Source: Eutreptiella sp. 'Long Island Sound 2002'
Taxonomy: Eukaryota > Protista > Euglenida
Reading direction: 5' to 3'
Assembly: GCA_964036045.1 (NCBI GenBank)
Contig: OZ038379.1
Coordinates: 25,854,001 to 25,918,000 of the forward strand
DNA: 64,000 bases
Shown here: in pieces, positions 48,101 through 58,450 of the stretch
How the letters are laid out: the number at the start of each line of letters is the position of its first letter
Numbering within the stretch: position 1 is the stretch's first letter
Position numbers and translations under genes: made by a program
Notes under the pieces: model-generated
The model's input: the letters and a program-made list of their open reading frames with translations, nothing else
The model's database searches: none
What the model was told of the DNA's origin: nothing

Positions 48101-49280
48101 TACCTTCCCAGTGACCAGCACTGTAGTCAAGGGGTCTTTCCGGATTTTGAAGGGTTTGCTGACCCCAGATCATCGGTACATGGAACGAGACACCCAGATT
48201 GGGTACCTTCTCTGCATGATCAATGGCAATGTCACTAGGCGAATCCCTCAATTTGCTTGGGAGTACAGAAGAAGGGGCAAGGGGTAGGGGATCAGGGAAG
48301 TGAGTTGTCTTGTCTGTGCCCTGCAGAGTCTTAAATTTTTGAACATGCACAACGACCCCGTCGATGTGCCATCCATTGGTGATGCTAAGCCGCTTGAGGA
48401 GCCTGGACCTCATGCTGAAAGGCAGAAAGAAGAAAACAAACCAAAAGAAGAAGAATGGGAGGAATGGGAAGAGTGGGGGGATGAGGGGGAGAGGAGGTGC
48501 TACCTGCTGGGGCAGGAGCATGACTCCCGGGAGGTGCAGGAAAGGGAGGCCGGGGAACGGCCTATCTAGGTGGAGCCAAAGGACGAGGAAGAGATACCAG
48601 CACTGACCTAGGGTAGTGACTTTGACTAAATGTCCCCAATGCTGCAGCACTTCTCAAGTGCGACAGTGTCGTTCTGAGACCTTTTGCAATTGAGCCCTAT
48701 CTGGACTCTTTTTGTTATGTCCTCTGTCACTCACTGTTCAGAACTTTCTTGTTGTGACTTTGGTTGGCCAGCAATATTTCAATGGGATTCTTGTGTGCAG
48801 TTGTCTTCTTGTGGCAGGGTGTGTTGGTGCATGCAACAACAATTTTCCCATCAAATTGACTACTGCAGGACAACTTTGTTTGCAGATCAGAGCTACACAC
48901 GCACCCAGCACACAGTGAGATGCAACTGGTTCTGGCTGGCTTTGTTTGCGAATGGAAAACCCAATTTTCTCAGCAAGACAAGTGACAAAAAAAATGAAAA
49001 AAATCGGCCCAAGAATTGAACCGACACTTGCCAATTGCATGATAAGGGCATATACCACTGGACCATTGCCTTGCACCGCCATAGTACTGCACAGGGATCA
49101 TGTACAGACCGAAAATTTGGTTGCAGATCAGAGCTGCACACCCACCCAGCACATGAGGAGATGCAAATGGCCAGTCTGTGTGCACTGATCTTCTTCTGGC
49201 AGGCTTTGTTTGTGCATGGAAAACCGATTTTCTCAGCAAGACAGGTGACAAAAAGTGCAAAAAAAAATACGGGTCCATAA

Positions 49281-49345
49281 CCAGTGGGGATTGAACCCAC
49301 ACCAGCAGTTCTGAAGTCCTGGGTATATACCACTAGACCACCACC
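49281..49345 (-). other. tRNA-like unit in the hAT 3' subterminal tandem repeat (other copies about 49012-49075, 46484-46545, 46210-46260)
   Basis: Minus strand: GGTGGTCTAGTGGTATATACC (A box/D arm) and GTGGG-TTCAATC-CCCAC (perfect T arm, B box), followed by a T-run. No acceptor stem. Confidence 0.6.
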
Positions 49346-49953
49346 TCGCACTGCCACAATATTGCTCAGGGACCATGTACAGACCGAGAGACGAAAATTT
49401 TTTTTGAAAATTGAGACATAATTTGGGTTACCACATGACTCCAACAACTGAGCAACCAAAAAGAAGGTGTGTTTGGGCCCTGGGACTGAGATCCAGGTGA
49501 CTGGGACCGATTTGTTGGGATTTCTTCGCTGATTTGGAGGCTGTCTAGCTTGTGGGGTGGGCAATCCTCAAAATGGGGTTCAGAGTGACTGGAGGACCCT
49601 CGAGGCCCCCACATGAGCGCTCAATATGCGGTATGATATCGCTAGGACAAGTGGTGTGTGCCTGATGCCTCTCAGACAGGCAAAGGTGGTGTTTTGTGGC
49701 ACAATGCCCCCCCCCCCCCCTCGACACCCGTCAAAACAATCAGCGAGCGCCCGTGTAGCCACGGAGTACACAAAGCGGAAAGGGGGGCTCAGCAGACCTG
49801 TTGCTGGCAGACAGCTGAAAGTGGGTTCGTGGCGCGGGGGTGCGCTCCGTAACCCCGTGTAGTGCCCCGCTGGGTCCACGGGCACAGCACCGCACCGCGT
49901 GCCGTCAACCAGCACAAGTGGAAACAGGTCTGTGCACAGGGCTAGTGCAACAG

Positions 49954-50292
49954 ATCCCCATAACAGAGGCCTCTCTGGGTCTCCGTCTCTGGATCTTTCC
50001 GGAGCTCAAGGACGTCAGGGGAAGGGTTCTGCCCCCCGCCCCCCGGATCGCAATGGTGCCGCCCGCGTGTCATATCCGAGGCCTCTCCAGCCACGTCCCA
50101 TGTCCAACGGCCCGTGTCCGCAGCGTATACAACAGCGATTACCAAGACGCCCCTCCCAATGCGAAGCCCAACGCTTTGGGCCGCTCGGCGTTGGACTTCA
50201 GCAAGTTCAGTCGAGAGGTGTCGCAGCGGGACATGTGGGACACCATGACTGTGTCATGTGGCGCAGGGATGAAGGACCAGCATCAAGACAAG
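49954..50292 (+). CDS. Probable further exon of gene 2 (5' boundary uncertain)
   Basis: Coding-like RSVYNSDYQDAPPNAKPNALGRSALDFSKFSREVSQRDMWDTM; donor AAG|GT at 50293; several candidate acceptors (49954, 49966, 50091, 50124). Confidence 0.4.
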
Positions 50293-53201
50293 GTTGTTTC
50301 CTGCTGCCTGACCCACTCGTGTGCTTGGGAGGGGACCGCGCCCCCCCCCCCCCCCGTTTACCACCCCCTCCCCCTGACTCACAGGGCTGATCCCACAAGC
50401 GGTCCGCTCTGCCAAGCGCTTCTCTAGCCCCCAAAAGTCGCCTGCCGACCGCTTTTCCATCCCCAAGTAACCCCCTCCCCCTCTCTGAACTTCACCGTTT
50501 TGGACAGATTTCGTGGAGAGCATTGCCAGCGCCCACGTGGGGTGGGGGCATGGGGCAGCAGCAGCACCTGCGAGCGGAGGGACAGATGTCCCACTCCCAC
50601 AAACCCCAAATACCTTTCCCCGGTGGCTTGGGACAAGCCATGCAGACAATATCCTCCTGAAAACTCAAAGCAGTGCGCACACTCGGAGACCAGTCGGCAC
50701 ATTTCCTGAGCCTTTTTGCCAACCCCCCCCCCCTCAAGCGCAAGATCCCAAGTCTCGCAAGGCCCCAGATCGAACGTGCACCACCCCCCTCCTGGACGTG
50801 GAGGACTGCACACCAACCTCCAAGAGACCAAGGGTCTCCGTAGGTGGTGGGACTCCCGCCACAGGGTGGCGCTCAAGGGCTCTATTGCGGTCCCCATGCG
50901 ACCACCCACCGACTTGTGGAACCAGGCAGGCGCTGTGCATTGACCCTGCCATGACACCACACCCGCACAGTGCCGAGACAAGTAATGATGATGAGTGGCT
51001 GGCCCCGCACTCCCCGGGCACGGCCACCATCACGTGCAGCACAGAGAGTTCGCGTTGCTGCACCCCAATTGTGCACACACATCTCCTGTACACCCCCTGA
51101 GCCCGCCCTCTCCCCAGTACACCTATTCCTACATGTGTGGCTGTGTGTTTTGACCTGCCACGTTCCAGTACCCACTGGGGTTTTTCAATCCTAAGGACCA
51201 CCCAGAAAGCCATTGTCGCTGATAGCGATCAGCTCGGCTGACCTTTGACCTATACCCCGTACCCTGACCCGGTGACAGCCGAATCAAAGGAGTGTGGCCG
51301 AATGGGGCCAGCACAAGTAAGCACGCCAGACAAACGGTAGGAACCAACATGGAACACAATCAAAGCCACGGCTCCAACACAACCTCTAGCCCCATTCAGG
51401 GAGGTGAGGGAGCAGCGCATTGGCCTGGACTTGGCGAAAGCCTCAAACACAATGAACTGAGAAGGCAATGAAGGCCGTGCAAGGCAGGCGCGGCTGGAGC
51501 TGAGTGGCGGGTCCACACCTGACCTTTTTGAGGCCCTCAAGTGCATCGCTGGCAACCCCTTCCCCCATGTTCGCTGTTCTGGGCCACACCCCCCAGCAGC
51601 AGCCTCCAGGGCACACCATTCCTGGATCTGCACACACACACACACACGTCACGGGGGTGTTGCACCCGCTGGCACGTGGCGTGCACTCAGGTCTGTGCTG
51701 TGTGCAGTTGCCCGGTTGTAGGGAAGGCCCCTGCCCCTTCCGTGGGCCTCTGCCGCAACCCTGCCCCCCCCCCCCCCCCCAACCACCACCCCTCGCCAAC
51801 GGGGGACCGGCAGTGGCTGCCCCGTGGGATGATCCCCGGCGCTGTTGCCTCGTGAATGGCCATTTTCGTGGTTGTGCCACGAGGCGTCCGCTCCCCCAAC
51901 ACTTGTCGTCGGTCCAGTGCACACTGCCGCACGGTGGTACCGGACGGTCCCACTGTCGCTGGGAGCGCTGCACTTCAACACAAGGCAATGCAAAGTGACG
52001 TCACATCCAGGACTGAGTCTGAAAACACTTCAAATGACGCCACAAGCAGCCAGATTTGATCAACAGGGCATGCTGGGCACAATGCCTGTAAGTCTTTCAC
52101 CAACTTTTCGTCCTTTCCCGCTTCCCCACACCGTTTGACCAGGCGGGATTGCCTACTGCACGGCGTGAAAGTGTGCTTGCTGCACGGTGTCACACAGTGC
52201 GTCCTGCACGGTGTGATAGTCTGCTAGTTGCACTAGGTGACGGTGAGCCAGCTGCACAGTGTGACGGAGTGTGTGGTGCACACCGTCACAGAGCGCTTGC
52301 TGCGCAGCGTGACAATGTACACACACAGCACAATGACAAATTGTGACCGTGAGCCAGCTGCACGTCTACAACAGAATTAATGATTTCTAAAGGAACCATT
52401 CGGATCCACGGCACATGGTGTGACGCCCGGAACAGGACCACGCTTGACAGTGGCAACCGTTCGGCACGCGGGTTGTGTGTTGTTTTCCCCACCAGTCCCT
52501 GTGGGGGTGTTGTGGCCTTGCTGGCCTCTCATTAAAAGACAATCTCTGAGGTTCAAACAGTCAAACACAAAATGCAACAGACCAATCACAGTCACGGACA
52601 GACATAATTCCCTTGCCCGAACTTCAGTTCGCTAGCACAAACTACATTGTGGGGGGGGGGGGTTCGGCGGGGGGGGGGGGGGGTTCCGAAGGTGGGGGGG
52701 GCTTGCGCGCGACCCACAACTACCACATGCATACCTCTAGGGGGGATGTAGGTCTGCGGGTTTTGGGGGTACGGAGGTATGTATGTGATAAAATAGCGCT
52801 TTCTCGTCTTTGCCACGAAGAAAGTCTTAAGAGTCGCATGTAGGATGCAGGATCTTCACTTCGCAAGAAGCGACATTTTTATAGCGCCTTGTCTTGCTAA
52901 TCTGGTGCTCAAAACATGGATGGTTTGATGAAAAGGAAGCATGCACAAAAAACCTTCGGTGCCGTTGGGGCCATGGCCCCAACACTACTATCTCTCAAAA
53001 CCCGGGGGGGGGGGAGGGGGCTGGGCTAGGGGGTGTCGCATACAAGACGTCAGATTTATTTATTGTTTTTAAGGCTAGACAGCCTGGTGGCCCCTCGCAC
53101 CCGCCCTACCGTCTAATTCACTGTGTTGGCAAAGAGTGCCAACACTTTTCTTCCTGCACAGCGCTACCAATTGATCAACAACACTGAGTGCTACAGTCGC
53201 T

Positions 53202-53342
53202 ATGCCGAGCGACGCTAAGAAACGACCTGCCCAGGAGGAGCCTGAGTTGGCAGTGGTACGGGCCTTCATGGAGCATGCCTATCCGTTGTGGGCAGCCCGA
53301 GTTCCACAGGAAAAGTTGGCAGCAGCAGTGGCTGAGATGTCA
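53202..53342 (+). CDS. Gene 3 (unknown protein), first exon
   Basis: TACAG just upstream of the ATG (possible trans-splice acceptor); MPSDAKKRPAQEEPELAVVRAFMEHAYPLW; donor TCA|GTACGT, phase 0. Confidence 0.5.
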
Positions 53343-53654
53343 GTACGTTGGGCACAGTCAGAGGCTAATATGCCTCAGGTCACTGCGCTTCAGGCCCAAC
53401 TGGTGGAGCGGGGGAGGGGTCATGTTGAGGCAGGGGGTTTGTTCCACAGAGTTGTCCTTTTACGTTTGGTGTGGGGGTTCCCATGCACGACACGATGGCC
53501 TCCCAGCCCCGAGGTTTGTCGGTCGGTTGAGTGGTCGTTGGATGGCCCATCGCCGGCGTTTGGGGGGGGTGCACTGCAGAGGGTCGATGGTCAACGGCCG
53601 GTGCGCGGTGCCCCTGCCATTCCGCACGCCCCCTGCCTCACGGCCCCTCCTCAG

Positions 53655-54263
53655 GTCAAGACTCAAGCCGCGCGCGCTGCCGCGCCCCCCCCTGCCCCCG
53701 TCAGTGACAACCCCGCCCCCCACGCCGTCTCACAACCGCCGCAGTTGCCCCGCGCCCACAGCCCCAAGGCCCGGGCGGTGCCGGAGCGCCGGGCCTCCGA
53801 AGTGTCGCTCCCGGGCCTGTCCCGGCGGCACATCTACAGCCTCGACCCGGGGACAGACCCGTCCCGCAGCGCCTCCGGCGGGCAGGAGGTGGGCCTGGGC
53901 CTTGCGTGCATGACCACCGACCCCCCCTGCCCCGGGGCCGCACCCCGCATCGCCCGCCCAGACGCGCACGCCGCGCACCGTCAGGCGAGGGCCGCGAGCT
54001 ACGAGTCCGGTGAGCGCCTCCCCCGTGGCGCCGCGGCGGCGCAGGCGCGCGACAACCGGCTCAAACGGCTGGAGAAGCTGGCGACGCTGCGCGGCAGCCG
54101 CCGGCCGTCGGTGGTCGGGCGGACCCCGTCCCCGGTCCCGTCCAAGGCCCCGGCCCCGGCCCCCCCCAAGGCCGTGCAGAAGCAGATGCTGCAGTCCCTG
54201 GACGCCATCCTCCAGTCCACCTACTTCAAACCAACTGCGAGCACCAGCACCAAAACGGCGTAG
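53655..54263 (+). CDS. Gene 3, Pro/Ala-rich remainder (possible in-frame intron 53889-53984)
   Basis: CCTCAG|GTC acceptor, phase 0; GC-rich codons; ends MLQSLDAILQSTYFKPTASTSTKTA*. Confidence 0.55.
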   Translation, partial: VKTQAARAAAPPPAPVSDNPAPHAVSQPPQLPRAHSPKARAVPERRASEVSLPGLSRRHIYSLDPGTDPSRSASGGQEVGLGLACMTTDPPCPGAAPRIARPDAHAAHRQARAASYESGERLPRGAAAAQARDNRLKRLEKLATLRGSRRPSVVGRTPSPVPSKAPAPAPPKAVQKQMLQSLDAILQSTYFKPTASTSTKTA

Positions 54264-56274
54264 CGCCCGAAGAGAGAGTCACGTCGGTATTGCGCGCCAA
54301 CGGACCGTTGGCACACGCCCCCACGACTGCAAGGCGCATGAACAGCGGGGTCCACCCGAGGCGCCAGCAACAACACGCCCTGTCGTATGACGCAGTGATG
54401 CCTTTGGCCCCATCAGTCAGCGTAACTGAATTATTGCGGAGGAGCCCCTCCCCAAAACGCCGCTGTGCATGACGCGTGGTGTTGTGACCAGGTTCTGTCT
54501 TTGCCATAGCCCCCCCCCACCCTCCCCCAAACACTCGGTTTCCATTCCCATAACGGCGCTTAAAGTCGGTGGCGGTGTACATCGGTTGCTGCATGGATTT
54601 CTGCACTCATTGCTGCACGCGTCCGAAGTGCGTCCGAGTGGATTGATTCCAGTCTGCCCCTGAAGTTGTCGGCTCTGTTGCGCGGCAAGCGCAGGTTCCA
54701 TCCGCTCGCTTGGCCTGTCTAACCTGATGTATTGTACCCGCTCTGCTCACTGGCTCTCCCCCATTGGCCACTGTGACCCTCCCACACACCCCCACACACC
54801 CCCATCACCACCACCAGGATGTCCAGCAACAAGTCCTGTGAACACAAAAGCCACAGAACAGAGCCCAGCGTATTCTGCGTACTGCCGGAAGTATTACTGG
54901 TCCCCTTTTCTTGACCTGGAGGAGGGGGGAAGGGGGTTCAGGCCCCCCTTCCCCCCTCCTCCTACGGATGAGGGGGAGCAGTTGGGAGTGTCTCTCACCT
55001 CACCTCAACTCACAGAACCCTCAAAATCTCTTGAAACAGAGGAATGTATTGTGCAGGTGCTCACGGGGTGACGTCAGGTGAGTTCATTTTCGGTCGTTCA
55101 ACGAGCTCCTTCGGATGGCAGCCGATGACGGTGTGCTGTGCCATTGCGGACTGGCGTCCGTTGAATGCCCTAATACCGAGTGTCACCCTTAAAAGTCCCT
55201 CAAGGCGACAGAAGTGAGCATCCACCTTCGCACAACCACCAACCAACAGTTTCGTCCCTAACGCTTCCTCATCGAGCTGTACGCTCTTGATGCTGATGCA
55301 ATCTCTTGCCGGCAGCTTCTCCTCCTTTTTGGCTGCACAAGGCTGCTGAAACGCCGGAACAATAGCATAATTGCCTGCGCCTCATGGCAACATCGATATG
55401 GGGCGCATTGCTTCCGCTTTGCAAAGTCCATTTTGTGAATTTCTGCATTTTTGTTGTCGCATGCTTTTTGCCCGTAATGATATTTCTGTGAATAACCCAC
55501 CCGTTGCTGGAGAGGAGATCTCTTTGCCCCTCGGAGGGTCTGAGGGTTGGTGATGCATCGTTCCAGGGGGATGGATGGTCGGTGATGGATATGGAAGGCA
55601 TGGGCATTGCTGAGGGTTGTTGAGGGTTGTGGTTGTGAGGGGTTTTCTGACTGTCATGGCAGGTCACCGTGGCCTTGAAGGGTTCAGGACCGCCCTGCTT
55701 CAGATAGGGGCTTCCAGAGGAGGTGCTTCCGTCAAAGGGGACGTTTGAGACACATGGAGCTTGTTGCCTGGCCTAGTGAGTGGTGAGGGGCAGGCTTTAT
55801 GGTGATGGGGCTGTTGCATTGTGGGTGTGGGATTGCGGTGGTGACTGTGGATTTGCGGTGTGTTTTAGTGGTGGGCAGTGTTGGTTTCGTGGATGCAGCA
55901 GCACAGGGCATGGCGTGATACTCTGACACAGTGTTTCGCCGCGGTGATGTGCTGTCTGCTGTGCATTTCTGTCATATCCATGGAGGGAACCTGCTGCACG
56001 AGACAGCGTGCAGCCTGAATGAAGTGCCACTTCCCTTTTTGAGCCTTGTTCTGCCCCTTTTGACCCGCATGTGTGTGTGCGTGTGTGTGTGTGTGTGCCC
56101 GTCCCCTGTGCTCTATTTGTTTGTATATGCGTCCTTGCGGCCCAGAGGTACCCCCCACTGCAAGGGACTGACATGCGGTGGGGCGTGGTATGCCGTCACT
56201 GGCGTCGTCAAACCGCCGTCCTGAGATGTATCTGATAGGCGCATACCCTAAGCCCCTGTTCCCAGTAACTATAA

Positions 56275-57033
56275 GGGAATGCCATGCACGCAGTGCGCAC
56301 GCAGTGCGAAGTTTTGAATGTCGGCCAATACTCAGACCCTACTTTTGGCCCCTTTTGACAAGTTTTTGGTTCCATACTGGGGTTTTTTTTTAGCTTCCTA
56401 TGCATTTGGGATGTGGCACATTTGAATTGTCACCCTTTGTTGCCCAATGTCAACCATTTTTACCCATTTTCCATCCCCCACATTGAACTCTCCCCACTAT
56501 GGGGACCCCGAGAAGGCAGGGGTGTTGTAGCCATACATAGCCCGTGGACCTTGAGGAGTTTGTGGTACGGCCTTCATCCCCACCACATCACTGACCTCGC
56601 TCGCCATCAACAAGTGTGTCGCGTCCACGCTCAGAATCACCACCGCCCTCCCCTTCACCCTATTCGCGGTCCCCATCACCCAAGAGACCCCGGACAACGC
56701 ATTCCCCGCGCTCCGAGTCAAGGGACACCTCATCGCTGCCTTCAAGAGCGAAGCCACGGGCACCGAAGCACTCGAAGCAAGCGGACTTTACAAGGCTGAG
56801 TGGTTTGTTCATAGGGACAGTGGAGTACCAAGTTGAAGGCAGTTTCGTCGTTCTCATGTGGGCTTTGCTGCTTCGCCGTGCAACCAGTCAAGTGACAGGT
56901 ATTCTTGGGTGAGTATCCCGGCCTCTGCGTGCGCAGTATGCACGCAGTGCGCACGCAGTGCCCACACAGTGCACACGCAGTGCAACGACTTGGCCTAAGT
57001 GTCGCCCCAAGAAGCGCGATGCCCCCCCCCCCC
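56275..57033. mobile_element. GGG-terminus element with TAA TSD; carries one 53-bp unit and a Ser/Arg/Pro-rich ORF fragment
   Basis: TAA|GGGAATGCC...GCAGTGCGCACGCAGTGC ... GCGCGATG(C)n|TAA. Confidence 0.75.
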
Positions 57034-57375
57034 TAAACACAACAAGTGTCCCCCATGAAATCTTAAGTCCTGAAGGTAATGAGCCACTGCGGATGCGGGG
57101 ATGAGGGCCAGTTTGGCACTTTTGGGGCATCACATCTGTTCGGCCCGGGTTTGGCGCACGGAAACTAAGCAATTCATGTCGTTCAAGTGTCCGTCCGCTC
57201 AAACGCCTGTTGCAAGAGCTTGCTCAGTTCTCAGTTGCCCCACCGCTTTCAAAGAGGCCGAAGCGCTGGGGAGCTGGAACTCGCATTCCGTGCCCACGTG
57301 CCATGACTGTGCCCTGCATTTAACACGCCATATGTACCGAGGCAAGCCGAAAGGAGGGTGGGTGTGTCAGTCTAA

Positions 57376-58003
57376 GGGAATGCCGTTTACGCGCAGTGCA
57401 CTCAGTGCAAAGTTTTGAACGTCGGCACCGACCCGAACCCTACTTTTATAGTTTTGTGGGCCTTTCCACAAGCTGCTGGGTTTCTTGGGTGGAAGGTGAA
57501 TTCTACGGATGGCATCCGTGTGATAAGAATTTGTGTCGGAGGGGATTATTAGAAGGGTGTTGCATGGTTTGGAGGGTTTGGCCGACGCAGTTGGCACACA
57601 GCGTACGGGGCACTCTTCGTGCGCTGTGCCCATTTTTCATATTGTGCCGTACAACAGACCCATAGTTTGTGGTATTGGGAGCATTGTTGTTTGGGAGCAG
57701 CTATTTAGGAGGTTCTTCCTCACTAGGGATAGGCATAGCTTAATTTTCACTCATTTACACCCAAGTTCAGCCATTTTCGTCCTTCTTGTCCTTTGTGCTA
57801 CTGTGCCATGGCCATTGTGCCCTCCACTAGAATTGGGTCAACCAACTCGTGGGATGGTAGCAGATAGCATTTTTTCAGCCTCTTCCCCCAGCACCAGAAA
57901 GCTCCAGAGATGGTGGGTGGTTTTCGAGGGCTTTCTATCTTGCGGGTCGTGTTAATTTTGTACACAGTGCCCATGCAGTGCGCACACAATGCGCGATATT
58001 CCC
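57376..58003. mobile_element. GGG-terminus element with TAA TSD, same left end as 56275 but a different interior
   Basis: TAA|GGGAATGCC ... GCGCGATATTCCC|TAA. Confidence 0.85.
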
Positions 58004-58099
58004 TAAAATTCAACTCAATTCAATAAAACTCAGACTCTTATGACTGCCGTCACGGGAGCCCATGGTGCCTTTCCTGAGCTATGCCCTCGTCCGGGCAAT

Positions 58100-58450
58100 C
58101 CCCAGCGCCGAGCAAGCGAACACCAATTCCATGCCTCCAGGTACACGGCTGCAAGGGGCGCTCGCGCCAGGTCTCGAATCCATGATGTGCAAGCCATTGA
58201 GCGAGTGTGACATGATTGCAGCCGTTGATGTTATTGAGCAAATGTCACTGGCGAGGTCGGGGGGCAGTGCGGTGAAGGCTCAGCCTGAAAAATCGCTGCA
58301 ATCAAAGAGACCCAGTGTCGAATGCGGCTGGCGATGAGTCCTGCCTGGTGCAATTGCAACAGGTATGGTCTCTGGGGCATATGGCAGTCCGCAGTAACGA
58401 GCGCGCGGACCACGTTGCTGCATCGTTTTTCGAGTACGTGTCTTCTGATG
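58100..58450 (+). pseudogene. RNase H relic of a non-LTR retrotransposon
   Basis: VQLQQVWSLGHMAVRSNERADHVAA matches the RNase H C-terminal motif V.L.WV.GH.G..GNE.AD.LA; upstream frames are decayed. Confidence 0.5.

Larger units (their letters stand above)
44428..48287 (+). pseudogene. hAT-family transposase pseudogene (CGGBP-like zinc finger, DDE core), interrupted by two insertions
   Basis: LYCKPC...KH zinc finger (about 44920-45000); VVFDETTD (about 45525); VVVDNA (about 45710); C*AH (about 45790); PPDYTDTRW (about 46880); VFDP; FPVTSTVVKGSF with the ERxFS Glu read as Lys (about 48130). Multiple stops and frameshifts. Confidence 0.85.
43467..49548 (+). mobile_element. Decayed autonomous hAT-like transposon with 6-bp TSD, inside an intron of gene 2
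   Basis: CTTGTG|CAAGCCAGCCCCCAAAAT ... ATTTGGAGGCTGTCTAG|CTTGTG; subterminal CCGATTTGTT repeats at both ends; transposase relic inside. Confidence 0.8.
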
